From contig JANOAV010000028.1 of assembly GCA_031411295.1 (NCBI GenBank), positions 37,384-101,383 on the forward strand: 64,000 bases of DNA, in the 5' to 3' direction. Made by a program: the position numbers and the translations under genes. A model generated the notes under the pieces. The model saw only the letters and a program-made list of their open reading frames with translations. It was not told the DNA's origin and made no database searches. The DNA is from Verrucomicrobiales bacterium (GTDB taxonomy: Bacteria > Verrucomicrobiota > Verrucomicrobiia > Verrucomicrobiales > V1-33). Positions 17,452-26,638 of this stretch are shown here, in pieces; positions within the stretch are counted from its first letter, which is position 1; each line of letters opens with the position of its first letter.

Positions 17452-20400
17452 TTAGTTCACGGCAGTCCCACTGTCAGTGGGCGTTTCGTGCACAGGTTCG
17501 TGGTGCACGGGGATATAGATGGAAAAGGTAGCGCCCTGGCCCGGCACGGAGCGCAATGCGATGCCCATGCCATCGCGCTCCGCAATCGTATAGACCATGC
17601 TCAAGCCAAGGCCTGTGCCCCGATCATTGCCGACATTCTTGGTGGTGAAGAACGGTTCGAAGATGCGTTCAGCGACCGTGGGAGAGATCCCGGGGCCAGA
17701 GTCAGTAACTGATAATTCAGCATAAAGCGACGCGGCCTTGGGTGGTAGCAGACACAACGCGATGCCAGCGCCTGAAGCTGGGCGCACTGCAATTTCAAGT
17801 GTCCCACTGCCGCCCATGGCGTCAGAGGCATTAACGATAAGATTGAGTAAAATTTGCTCGATTCGACCCGATGGAACTTCCACGTTGGGGGTCGCTTCGT
17901 CGAGATCAAGCTCCAAGGTGATGCCGCTGAGGAATTCGGTGCTGAGGAGATCGACGGTATCACGCACGACGACGGCCAGCGGGCGCACCGGGCCGGTCTC
18001 TTCCCGGCTGTAGCTAAGCATGGAGCTCACCACTTGCTTCCCTTGGAGGACGGCCGATTCGACGGATTCCACTAGTTCCGTGACCTCCGTATTGCCCACG
18101 GTCTCACGTGAAATGAGTTTGTTAGACATGCGAATGACCGAGAGTAAATTATTGAAATCGTGCGCCATGCCTGCCGCGAGAGTGCCCAAGGCTTTCATCT
18201 TCTGGCTGTGCAGCAGGCTGGTGTTTGCCTGCTCTAAATCACGCCGCTGCAGGGTGAGCTGAATTTCAGCGTCAGCAAAATCACGCATGAGCCCATGGTG
18301 TCGGCGCATGATGAGCACGGTCGCAATTCCGGCGGCCAGCGCAGCGGCACAGAGCCAAAAGGCGAATCCGTAGGGGGGCTGAGCAGCGGTTGCTGCTACC
18401 GTTGGCGTTGGCGATGGGGCGGTGGCACTGTTTTTCCAATCCAATCCGAGGGTCGCCAACTCTGTCCGCAACCCTGTTAGGTTCCACAGTTGAAATTCGT
18501 TCCCGGCACAAGCTACCGCGAGATAGGATCCATCCTGGGACAGGCGACAAGTCTTGATATTTCGCGGAGCAGCAGGCGTTAGCACCGCAAGGGGCGAAAA
18601 ATCTTCCCCACGGCATAATTGCACGGCAGAGCGCGTCGCATCTGTGGCTAGGAGCATTCCGTCCGCACTGAACGCCATGGCTCCACTACCAGTGGACAAT
18701 CGCGCCCCGGACGCAGCGGGGTTCTCCTTCCAAGTGCCAACCTGGATCGAGCGGGGCGATTCGTCGTGGGAAAGTAAAAATCGCTGATTGTCTGGGCTGA
18801 ACAACGCAATGCCAGCCGCTGTTTCCGCCGACCAGAGGAGCTTCCCATTCAGCGCATCGAAGACACTGGCTGCGGACCCCATACCATAGGCAAACCCAGC
18901 GTAACGGCCATCGGCACTCAAGGTGAATCGACCTCCGCCGGTGGTGGTGGCGGGAGCCTTCTCATAGCTCATGTTAGCCCTGACTTCGAGGGGAACAAAC
19001 GGACGCTCGGATTGGAGATCGTAGATTCCATGGCGGTTTCCGCTGAGTTCCAGCAAAACTGTGCGGCCGTTCTGGCTAAGTGTCATTTGCTTCACGAGTG
19101 CCCCCTCCGGCAGGCCCGTTACCGCTAAGGGCATGGCTTCCAAAATAGGGGTGCCATCAGCTCTGATGGTTAGTTTCTTTTTTGCTAGTTTACCATCCTC
19201 CACCGTTAGAAGGTTCCCTTCGGGCGAAAATACGAACGCGCTGAGCGCAGGCAGGAACCAAGGATAGCTGCGCTCAGGATGCTCGGTGGACCACACCATG
19301 GCGCCCCACGGAATGAGCGTGGCCAACCATTTACCATCGGGTGAGAGATCATAGTGATTTAATTCACTATCCTTAACTCCAGGCACGACAATGGCCTGCT
19401 CTACCGACGAGGGTGACACCTCCCATTGGCCAAGCTCTCCTGAGTTTGTGAAATAGCTAATGGTCTTCCCCTCTCCGCTGTATGACAAACCACTCCCCGT
19501 GCGGCTCGTCAGCAACAAACTACCGCGCTCCACATCCCACCAGCGCGTGGAATTTTCATCTGAACTCATCAAGGTGCGGGCGTCCGGACTGAACTTCAAG
19601 GCCCGACACAATCCAGTATGCCCCCCCAAAGACCACGTGGTGGAACTTTCCATACTCCAAATCCGCACCTCGCCATTCCAAGCCATTCCTGCCAACCGTT
19701 TCCCATCTGCCGACCATGTCAGAGTGTGGATCTCTCCCGGGACGGGCCAGGAATTTTTTACTTCCCCTGAGGCAAGATCGAACAGCTTGACCTCCGACTT
19801 GTTGACTAAGGCAATTTCAGCAGCCTTGGGGCGCAGCGCAAATGCCACCCTGCCATCCGGTAGCGTGTGGGTCAGAAACTTACTCATATTCAAATCGTAA
19901 ATCCGCAGGGGACTTCTGTCCCCAACGAAGAAAGCGAGATAGCGCCCATCCGCTGAGAAGCGTCCGGGCGAAGGGCCTCCGCCCATCATTGGGGTGCCGG
20001 GACACCAGCGGAAACAGAGCTTGGCTTCCGGCAACGCCCACATGGCCACCTCCCCATTCTTGAACCAGGCGCAGAGCCACGAGTGCCCAGCTGCCTTATC
20101 CGTCACGGGTCGCCACTCTAATCCAGTAATAATTGATTGATTCGGACTTTTCCCCTCTATTGCGAGCCGAAGCAACTCCGAGCCATCTGCCATCCGCCGC
20201 ACGACAATATGCCCAGAGGCATCTGAAGTTGCCAACAGCCCTTGGGCGGCATCAACTGCGATTAACGCTTGGTCCGCCGGCAGAGCAATGGGGGGCTGCT
20301 GCACGATTAGATCTGGCAATGCCAGGAGAGCTGTAGCTTCCTCGCGCAACTGACGCTTGTCAGGGGAATCTTCCATTTCCTGGCCATGCAGCGCCTTCCA

Positions 20401-20709
20401 TCCAGCGGCGGCCTTCTTGAGCAAGGCCATGCCTTCGATCCGGCGGCCCTGCAGTCCATGGAGTCGCATGGCCGGGGCCTGATCCCGATACGATTTCCAA
20501 AGTTGCTCCTGACTCAATTGCTCTGCTGCCACCGCGCGATACTGCTGCTCACGAGCATGAACCCCCATCAAAACCGCCGCCAGCGCCAAGCCGGTCACCA
20601 CGATGAGAATGACCCCCACCATGATGGTTAGACGCAGCATACGCTTCCGCAGTGCTTCCTGAGCGGAGGACCGAGGCGATGCCAGGGTTGCTGGGGAAGG
20701 AGACGGCAT
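17452..20709 (-). CDS. Sensor histidine kinase with WD40 beta-propeller domain between two TM helices
   Basis: N-terminal TM; WD40 repeats (FSPDARTL, WSADGKRL, GHTG); second TM; LGTLAAGMAHDFNNLL H-box, NLIVNASDA, DSGPG, FEPFFTTK, GTGLGL. Confidence 0.9.
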   Translation of the reverse strand: MPSPSPATLASPRSSAQEALRKRMLRLTIMVGVILIVVTGLALAAVLMGVHAREQQYRAVAAEQLSQEQLWKSYRDQAPAMRLHGLQGRRIEGMALLKKAAAGWKALHGQEMEDSPDKRQLREEATALLALPDLIVQQPPIALPADQALIAVDAAQGLLATSDASGHIVVRRMADGSELLRLAIEGKSPNQSIITGLEWRPVTDKAAGHSWLCAWFKNGEVAMWALPEAKLCFRWCPGTPMMGGGPSPGRFSADGRYLAFFVGDRSPLRIYDLNMSKFLTHTLPDGRVAFALRPKAAEIALVNKSEVKLFDLASGEVKNSWPVPGEIHTLTWSADGKRLAGMAWNGEVRIWSMESSTTWSLGGHTGLCRALKFSPDARTLMSSDENSTRWWDVERGSLLLTSRTGSGLSYSGEGKTISYFTNSGELGQWEVSPSSVEQAIVVPGVKDSELNHYDLSPDGKWLATLIPWGAMVWSTEHPERSYPWFLPALSAFVFSPEGNLLTVEDGKLAKKKLTIRADGTPILEAMPLAVTGLPEGALVKQMTLSQNGRTVLLELSGNRHGIYDLQSERPFVPLEVRANMSYEKAPATTTGGGRFTLSADGRYAGFAYGMGSAASVFDALNGKLLWSAETAAGIALFSPDNQRFLLSHDESPRSIQVGTWKENPAASGARLSTGSGAMAFSADGMLLATDATRSAVQLCRGEDFSPLAVLTPAAPRNIKTCRLSQDGSYLAVACAGNEFQLWNLTGLRTELATLGLDWKNSATAPSPTPTVAATAAQPPYGFAFWLCAAALAAGIATVLIMRRHHGLMRDFADAEIQLTLQRRDLEQANTSLLHSQKMKALGTLAAGMAHDFNNLLSVIRMSNKLISRETVGNTEVTELVESVESAVLQGKQVVSSMLSYSREETGPVRPLAVVVRDTVDLLSTEFLSGITLELDLDEATPNVEVPSGRIEQILLNLIVNASDAMGGSGTLEIAVRPASGAGIALCLLPPKAASLYAELSVTDSGPGISPTVAERIFEPFFTTKNVGNDRGTGLGLSMVYTIAERDGMGIALRSVPGQGATFSIYIPVHHEPVHETPTDSGTAVN
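17478..17494. promoter_or_regulatory. TGTGC-N7-GCACA-like site inside the kinase 3' end, upstream of the regulator
   Basis: TGGGC GTTTCGT GCACA, 38 bp before the regulator start codon. Confidence 0.45.
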
Positions 20710-20747
20710 TAATAGACTGTATTACCGAGCCCCGGCAAAAGCAACCC

Positions 20748-20764
20748 TGTGCGCGAAAAGCACA
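20748..20764. promoter_or_regulatory. TGTGC-N7-GCACA palindrome upstream of the kinase
   Basis: CCC TGTGC GCGAAAA GCACA GGG, 38 bp before the start codon. Confidence 0.65.
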
Positions 20765-20843
20765 GGGGCGCGCTCAGTGGCGGCGGATTTCGCGGTTTCT
20801 GATCACGCGTCCGCCCTGAAATTACATTTGGCGCAGATAGGCC

Positions 20844-21473
20844 ATGCTTTGCTGGATGCTGGCAATCGAGGCGGGCGATGGTGAAATCCGCGCTCAGGTC
20901 CTTTCCTTCACTGGCGGTGCCATCGCTAGCACGGGTGTTATCATCCGCGAAACCACAGCCGTCGGATCACGCGAGGTTAGCTTGGAGATCGAGAACGGAA
21001 ATATCGTCTCGAATACCCGCACTGGCTCCAACAGCAATGCTTCGACCATCACCATCGGGGCGGCCAATACCGCGCCAAACACTTGGCTGCGCTTAAGCAA
21101 GAGCAGCACTACGATTAACGCCTACCGTTCCTCCGACGGTAACACGTGGACGCTCGTGAACACCCAATCCATCAGCTTCCCCACCGCCGGGCTGGCTGGC
21201 CTGTGGACCACTGGTGGCAATACTACCAGCTTGGCAACCACAGTGACCAAGAACGTCAGCGTGACGCCATTTCCTGCGCCTTGGGTCAATAACCAAATCG
21301 GCAACGTCAGTGCGCTCACTTCATCAGAGGCTTACAATAGCGTTTACACCATCAACGGAGCGGGCACCATGGGTGGATCGAGTTCCGAAGCGAGGACTTA
21401 TTTGAATCAGACCTTGACAGTATTATCCCTTAGGGGCGGAATCGCAAGAATTCACCTTCGTTTAAAAAAGTAG
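20844..21473 (+). pseudogene. Fragment of a ConA/DUF1349-like repeat from a large secreted protein
   Basis: GDGEIRAQV...TGVIIRE...WLRLSK...YRSSDGNTWT, similar to repeats in 2..7345; no signal peptide; unrelated sequence at both ends. Confidence 0.6.
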
Positions 21474-21549
21474 TTATGGACTTTAGTCCGTAATCTAGTT
21501 AGTATCCTTTCCAAAATTGATGGCGGTGCGGACTAAAGTCCGGCACCAC
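21470..21549. repeat. Inverted REP-like doublet (GTAG family)
   Basis: GTAGTTATGGACTTTAGTCCG (21470-21490) facing CGGACTAAAGTCCGGCACCAC (21529-21549). Confidence 0.65.
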
Positions 21550-21571
21550 TTTCTGTAGCGACCTTCCTCCT

Positions 21572-22318
21572 ATGACCACCCTTCGCCAACAGGCTCTCCG
21601 CTGGACTGGGGTGCTTATGCTCGGTGGGGGAGTGGCGTATTGGTGGAGTCAGCAGGGCAAAATCAGCCAGACCAAGACCATAACCCCAGTGACCGTAGTA
21701 GCTTATGCCGTTCCTCCAGCAGTTGCCCTCTCCGCGCAGACCACATTTGAGCAAACGCTGGCACAGCTTCCACCAGACCCAGCGGAAGCAGAGCCTGGAC
21801 TGCGGGAGGCCCTGGGGGAATGGGCGATCTCCGATCCCATCGCGGCACGGAATTGGCTCACGGAGCATGTGCCTTCAGATCCTGAAACGCAGGCTGCTCG
21901 GCAGGCTGCCGTCGCCATCAGTTGGGCCGAGCAGGATCCTGCCAGTGCTGCCAGTTACGTGCGGCAGGAAATTCCCGCCTCCTTGCCGCAAAATCATGCC
22001 TTTGTGGCCGTCGTGCAGCGCTGGGCGCAGCAGGATGGCCCGGCGGCTGCTCAATTTATTTTCCAGATCCCCGACGGTCCCGTGCGCCTGAATGCGGCCA
22101 CGGAACTTATCGCAGCGTGGGCGGACCAAGACACCCTGCCGCCCGCGCAGTGGATTGAGCGTCTTCCCGTCTCGCCCCTCCGAGATGCGTGCACCGACCG
22201 ACTCGCCCGAGAGCTTGCTACCGAGGCTCCAGAGGCCGCTCAGGCTTGGGCGGAGAGGATTAGCAATAAGGAAATGCGCGCCAAGTGTTTGGCTGCCCTG
22301 GCTGAACTATCTCTCTGA
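21572..22318 (+). CDS. Membrane-anchored alpha-helical repeat protein (WxxxDPxxA repeats)
   Basis: N-terminal TM; WAISDPIAA, WAEQDPASA, WAQQDGPAA, WADQD. Confidence 0.75.
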   Translation: MTTLRQQALRWTGVLMLGGGVAYWWSQQGKISQTKTITPVTVVAYAVPPAVALSAQTTFEQTLAQLPPDPAEAEPGLREALGEWAISDPIAARNWLTEHVPSDPETQAARQAAVAISWAEQDPASAASYVRQEIPASLPQNHAFVAVVQRWAQQDGPAAAQFIFQIPDGPVRLNAATELIAAWADQDTLPPAQWIERLPVSPLRDACTDRLARELATEAPEAAQAWAERISNKEMRAKCLAALAELSL

Positions 22319-22418
22319 ATTGCGCATTATTGCAATACTGCGCAGCAGTGGTGAAAATAGATGGACAAGCAGCTCATTTCATGGCATGCTTAAACTCGGT
22401 TAACTACTAACTAATCCC

Positions 22419-23432
22419 ATGCGCAAACTATCCCTCGTTTTTCTCCTCACACTTTTCATGGGATCGATCGCGACGTCGTCACTCCACGCTGATTCAGAGA
22501 GTGACAAAAAGGAGGACGGGAAAAAAGCGACGAGCGAGGACTGTCGTTTACCGAATTTTGCGAAATGGACCTTCACGGATGTCTTGGGGCCGGATGGATC
22601 TGGACGCACTGCGGTCGCTGGAGTGAACAACAAGGGAACCGTTTTGGGGACCTACAACGATCTGATCACGGGTCAGCCCCGGGGGTATTTGTTTGATGCC
22701 AAGAATCGTTACCAACTGATCACCATCAACCTTGCTGGCCAAAGGGATCTATCTAGTTCCTTCACCTGCCTTGATGACGAGAACAAAGCCTATGGAGTCT
22801 GCTATGACAGCGATGGCGTCAGTCGAGGGTTCGTCTGGAGTAATGGTAAAACGAAGGAACTCGTCTATCCCGGAGCCTATTTTGTGTATCCCCAGACCGT
22901 TTCCTCCGATGGCACCCTGCTGGTGAACGTTTATTCCTACAACGCGATTGGGGATACGATCATTTCGACGTTTACTTACGATAAGCGCGGCTATCGTGCG
23001 CTGCCCACGGTTCCACCATTCACGGATTATGGCTTCTCCAGCATTAATGTAGATGGGGATCTGCTGGGAGTGGCTGTCACTTTGTTGGCGGATGAGGTGA
23101 CGCTCGAACGCACGGATTTTGTTTTGACGAATCGAGGCCGCCGTTTTGTTGAATTGCCCGTGATTGCAGGAAATCGGACGACGTATCCGCAAGTCCTGAC
23201 GGACGAAGGAATTGTCTTCGGCACCAGTTACAATAATGATGACAATGCCGGTATTCCAGGATTTGCGCGTCCGGTCGCCTTCGCTTTGTGCTCGGATGGT
23301 GACAGCGTGCAACTGCTGCGCCATCCCAATGACCAACTGGGCACCACGCTTTCAACTGCCTCCAGCAAGGCGTTTGCTGGAGTTTATCTTGATGCGGATT
23401 TCAGGGAACACCCCTTTGTCGCTCGTAAATAA
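22419..23432 (+). CDS. Secreted beta-repeat (HAF-like) protein
   Basis: Signal peptide; repeats GVNNKGTVLGTY..RGYL, SINVDGDLLG, LTDEGIVFG. Confidence 0.7.
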   Translation: MRKLSLVFLLTLFMGSIATSSLHADSESDKKEDGKKATSEDCRLPNFAKWTFTDVLGPDGSGRTAVAGVNNKGTVLGTYNDLITGQPRGYLFDAKNRYQLITINLAGQRDLSSSFTCLDDENKAYGVCYDSDGVSRGFVWSNGKTKELVYPGAYFVYPQTVSSDGTLLVNVYSYNAIGDTIISTFTYDKRGYRALPTVPPFTDYGFSSINVDGDLLGVAVTLLADEVTLERTDFVLTNRGRRFVELPVIAGNRTTYPQVLTDEGIVFGTSYNNDDNAGIPGFARPVAFALCSDGDSVQLLRHPNDQLGTTLSTASSKAFAGVYLDADFREHPFVARK

Positions 23433-23446
23433 ATAGTCCTGTGACT

Positions 23447-23605
23447 GTGGACTCCGTTGGATTCCCCACATGAGATGGAGCCCCTTCAAACGGAGTCTCA
23501 CTAACCTAGATGGTAATTCGCAAATCGCTATTCGTAAATCCTGCCCGGCAACCGGGCCCGACCACTTTGAATCACGAGTAACGAATGACTATTTACGATT
23601 TGCGA
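23447..23605. repeat. Two inverted repeats (GACTCCGTT/AACGGAGTC and heptamer-like TCGCAAATCG/CGATTTGCGA)
   Basis: 23450-23458 pairs with 23489-23497; 23518-23527 pairs with 23596-23605. Confidence 0.5.
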
Positions 23606-23905
23606 GGGCTGGGGTTCTGGGTATCGGGGGCCGGGAGTTCAGGCGCTGGCTTCCACTAAAGCGATCGTTTCCAGGGTCAGGCCGTAGCGAGCAATAGTGA
23701 TCTAACCACTCATACAGAGGCAGACTGAATGAATAAACCGTCATGCCGACACGGGATTACGGACGGTCTCGGCGGGGGTAGGTGAGATAAATGTCATTGC
23801 AGCAAAGGGCCGCTCGGTTGACTTTGTAAGAATAAACGATCTGCTGGCCCGGGACCCAAAAATCCTATCACATCACTTGAAGAGAAACCACCATCGTCTG
23901 GGAAG

Positions 23906-24286
23906 GTGTTACCTTTCCCGGAACGAGGTTGTGGCCAATGCGTGCTTGCTAATCCGCAGGGTGAAGGATTGGATCATCAGCGGTTTCTCGCTGGTCTGAA
24001 GCCCCATGCGCCCTATGCCGGTTTTTCGTTTCTACCCAAAGCCTTGCAACGCTGGCGGGAGCGGAGGGGGCTAAAGATTAGCGCAGCGGCTCAGGGGTTG
24101 GGAGCAGCAGCATCGACGTGGGGGCATTGGGAAACGGGATTTCGCTTCCCCACGGGGAGTGTGTTGTTGGACTTGGTGCAATATACCGGGCTGTCGCTGG
24201 TGGAATTGGTCTGCGAGCACGGTGAAAATTGCCCGCTGCACCATCAAATCAAGGGGTGCCCACCCGGCTCACTGCCGGGAGCCTGA
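23906..24286 (+). CDS. XRE-family HTH protein
   Basis: LQRWRERRGLKISAAAQGLGAAASTWGHWETGFRFP; start uncertain. Confidence 0.7.
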   Translation: MLPFPERGCGQCVLANPQGEGLDHQRFLAGLKPHAPYAGFSFLPKALQRWRERRGLKISAAAQGLGAAASTWGHWETGFRFPTGSVLLDLVQYTGLSLVELVCEHGENCPLHHQIKGCPPGSLPGA

Positions 24287-24433
24287 GAAAAGGAACCGCT
24301 GAGAACGCTGAGCGTTAGTCCGGACCTGCCGCTTGCAAGCCAGCTCGGTCTTTCGCCTCACCGTCGTTTGCAGTTATCCACAATTTCCTTCCCGACGTTC
24401 CACTGCGATCTTGCAAATGATGAATCGATACAG

Positions 24434-24455
24434 TCTTAGCGGTTTCTTAGCGCTT
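24434..24455 (+). promoter_or_regulatory. Candidate KdpE (OmpR-type) direct repeat
   Basis: TCTTAGCGGTT TCTTAGCGCTT, 11-bp period, upstream of the kdp operon. Confidence 0.45.
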
Positions 24456-24613
24456 AGATGATCGACCTTTAGGTGCCGAGTGGTTTGGCTTGAGGTAGTT
24501 CTATGTCAAGATGAAAACTGCTGATTTGTTTGAACTGGTCCTCAACAGAGGAACTTTCAGCGACACAGTTGGTAATCCCCACCACGATCAAAAATCCCAT
24601 CCTGCCACGCCTC

Positions 24614-24697
24614 ATGAACGATCTCCTCTACCTCGGAATCACCACTGGTTTCTTCATTGTCAGCGCTCTCTACGTGCGCTTCTGTGAGCAACTTTAA
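24614..24697 (+). CDS. 27-aa hydrophobic peptide preceding kdpF
   Basis: MNDLLYLGITTGFFIVSALYVRFCEQL, translated by hand; 12 bp before kdpF. Confidence 0.7.
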   Translation: MNDLLYLGITTGFFIVSALYVRFCEQL

Positions 24698-24709
24698 CCC
24701 TACACCATC

Positions 24710-24793
24710 ATGGAAAACATCATCGTTGGGCTGATCGCCCTGGGCCTCTTTGCCTACCTCTTCGTGGCCATGATCAAGCCTGAGAAATTCTAA
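24710..24793 (+). CDS. kdpF: K+-transporting ATPase subunit F
   Basis: MENIIVGLIALGLFAYLFVAMIKPEKF, YL..A...PE.F signature; directly before kdpA. Confidence 0.92.
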   Translation: MENIIVGLIALGLFAYLFVAMIKPEKF

Positions 24794-24805
24794 CTTTACC
24801 CCACC

Positions 24806-26617
24806 ATGCACTCGACTGATTGGCTTCAATTCGCACTCTTCATTGGGCTGCTTGCTCTCATCACTAAACCACTCGGCATCTTCCTCACGCAGGTGCTGGA
24901 TGCGAATGGCAAGACATTCCTCGATCCTGTGATCCGTCCGCTCGAACGGCTAACATTTTCGCTCATGGGCCTGGACCGTAACAAGGAGCAGGGCTGGAAG
25001 CAATACACTCTGGCCATGCTATTGTTCAGCCTGGTAGGCGTTGTGTTCACCTATCTGATTTTACGATATCAGCATCTGCTGCCGCTCAATCCGCAGAACC
25101 TGCCGGGGCTGAGCGATCACCTTGCCTTCAACACGGTGGTGAGCTTCACCACCAACACTAACTGGCAAAGCTACGGAGGTGAAGCGACGATGAGTTACTT
25201 CTCGCAGATGGTCGGGTTGACCATTCATAATTTCACTTCGGCGGCGGTCGGCATTTCTATTGCGGCGGCACTCGTGCGTGGCATAGCGCGGCATTCCGCA
25301 GCAACACTGGGTAACTTCTGGGTCGATCTGGTGCGGACCACTTATTACCTGCTGCTGCCGATCTGCGCGGTCTTTGCCCTCTTCCTGGTTGCTCAGGGGA
25401 TTCCGCAAAATTTCAAACCCTACGATACCGCCAAGCTAACCGAACCACAGACGGTGCAGGTGGCTAAGTTGGATGCGAGCAATGAGCCGGTCTTGGACAA
25501 AGACAACAAGCCCGTGATGGAAGACAAAGTCATCACCGAGCAAACCATTGTGCAAGGCCCGATGGCCTCACAGGTTGCCATCAAGATGCTCGGAACAAAT
25601 GGCGGCGGTTATGTGAATGCCAATGCCGCTCATCCGTTTGAGAACCCGACGCCACTGTCAAACTTCCTCCAGATGCTCTCGATCTTTTCGATTGGGAGTG
25701 CGCTGACTTACTACCTCGGCCGCATGACCAAGAACCAAGCGCACGGCTGGTCTGTCTGGACAGCGATGATGGCCTTGTTTGTGGTCGGTGTGCTGGTGTG
25801 TGCACATTACGAAGCAGTGGGAAATCCGATCCATCAGCAACTCGGGATCGCAGCGGGCGACGGCAACATGGAGGGCAAAGAGGTGCGCTTCGGCATCTTC
25901 AACTCCTCGCTTTTTGCCACCACCACGACCGCCGCCTCATGCGGTGCAGTCAATGCCATGCACGACTCATTCACGCCCATCGGCGGGCTGGTTCCGTTGT
26001 TCATGATCGAGTTGGGTGAGGAGGTCATCGGCGGGGTCGGTTCAGGGCTTTATGGCATGCTCGTCTTTGTCGTGCTTGCCGTCTTCATCGCTGGGCTTAT
26101 GGTAGGCCGCACGCCGGAGTATCTGGGCAAAAAGATCCAGGCCTTTGATGTGAAGATGGCCATGCTCTCGCTGTTAGTGCTGTGCCTCTCGATCCTCGGC
26201 TTCACTGCCTATGCCGTGGCGAGCGATTGGGGGCTCGCGGGCTTGAACAACTCTGGACCGCATGGTTTCAGCGAGATTCTCTACGCGTTCAGTTCCGCCA
26301 CCGGTAACAACGGCAGCGCCTTTGCAGGCCTCACTGCCAACCCTGCCAATGGTGATCCGCATTACAATCTCACGCTTGGTCTGGCGATGCTCATCGGACG
26401 TTTCCTGATGATTGTGCCTATCATGGCGCTCGCTGGATCGCTCGTGAAGAAAAATATCGCCCCACCGAGTGCGGGCACTTTTCCTGTCAATGGCGCCACT
26501 TTCACCCTCCTGCTCATCGGCACGGTGGTGCTCATCGGTGCGCTGAATTTCCTTCCCGCCCTAGCGCTGGGCCCCATCGTTGAGCACTTCCTCATGCTCA
26601 AAGATCTTTTGTTCTAA
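24806..26617 (+). CDS. kdpA: K+-transporting ATPase subunit A
   Basis: SFTTNTNWQSY, IKMLGTNGGG, SCGAVNAMHDS, NNGSAFAG. Confidence 0.97.
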   Translation: MHSTDWLQFALFIGLLALITKPLGIFLTQVLDANGKTFLDPVIRPLERLTFSLMGLDRNKEQGWKQYTLAMLLFSLVGVVFTYLILRYQHLLPLNPQNLPGLSDHLAFNTVVSFTTNTNWQSYGGEATMSYFSQMVGLTIHNFTSAAVGISIAAALVRGIARHSAATLGNFWVDLVRTTYYLLLPICAVFALFLVAQGIPQNFKPYDTAKLTEPQTVQVAKLDASNEPVLDKDNKPVMEDKVITEQTIVQGPMASQVAIKMLGTNGGGYVNANAAHPFENPTPLSNFLQMLSIFSIGSALTYYLGRMTKNQAHGWSVWTAMMALFVVGVLVCAHYEAVGNPIHQQLGIAAGDGNMEGKEVRFGIFNSSLFATTTTAASCGAVNAMHDSFTPIGGLVPLFMIELGEEVIGGVGSGLYGMLVFVVLAVFIAGLMVGRTPEYLGKKIQAFDVKMAMLSLLVLCLSILGFTAYAVASDWGLAGLNNSGPHGFSEILYAFSSATGNNGSAFAGLTANPANGDPHYNLTLGLAMLIGRFLMIVPIMALAGSLVKKNIAPPSAGTFPVNGATFTLLLIGTVVLIGALNFLPALALGPIVEHFLMLKDLLF

Positions 26618-26638
26618 CCTTTACCAGAACTCATCTAT

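Noticed and set aside
7385..20764. CRISPR or attC interpretation of the TGTGC repeats
   Set aside because: No regular spacers, cas genes, integrase or GTTRRRY ends.
24374..24382. Perfect DnaA box TTATCCACA
   Set aside because: Single copy, with no box cluster or dnaA/dnaN nearby; not supported as oriC.
24287..24613. Possible c-di-AMP (ydaO) riboswitch before kdp
   Set aside because: The conserved ydaO elements were not recognisable by eye; an Infernal scan would settle it.
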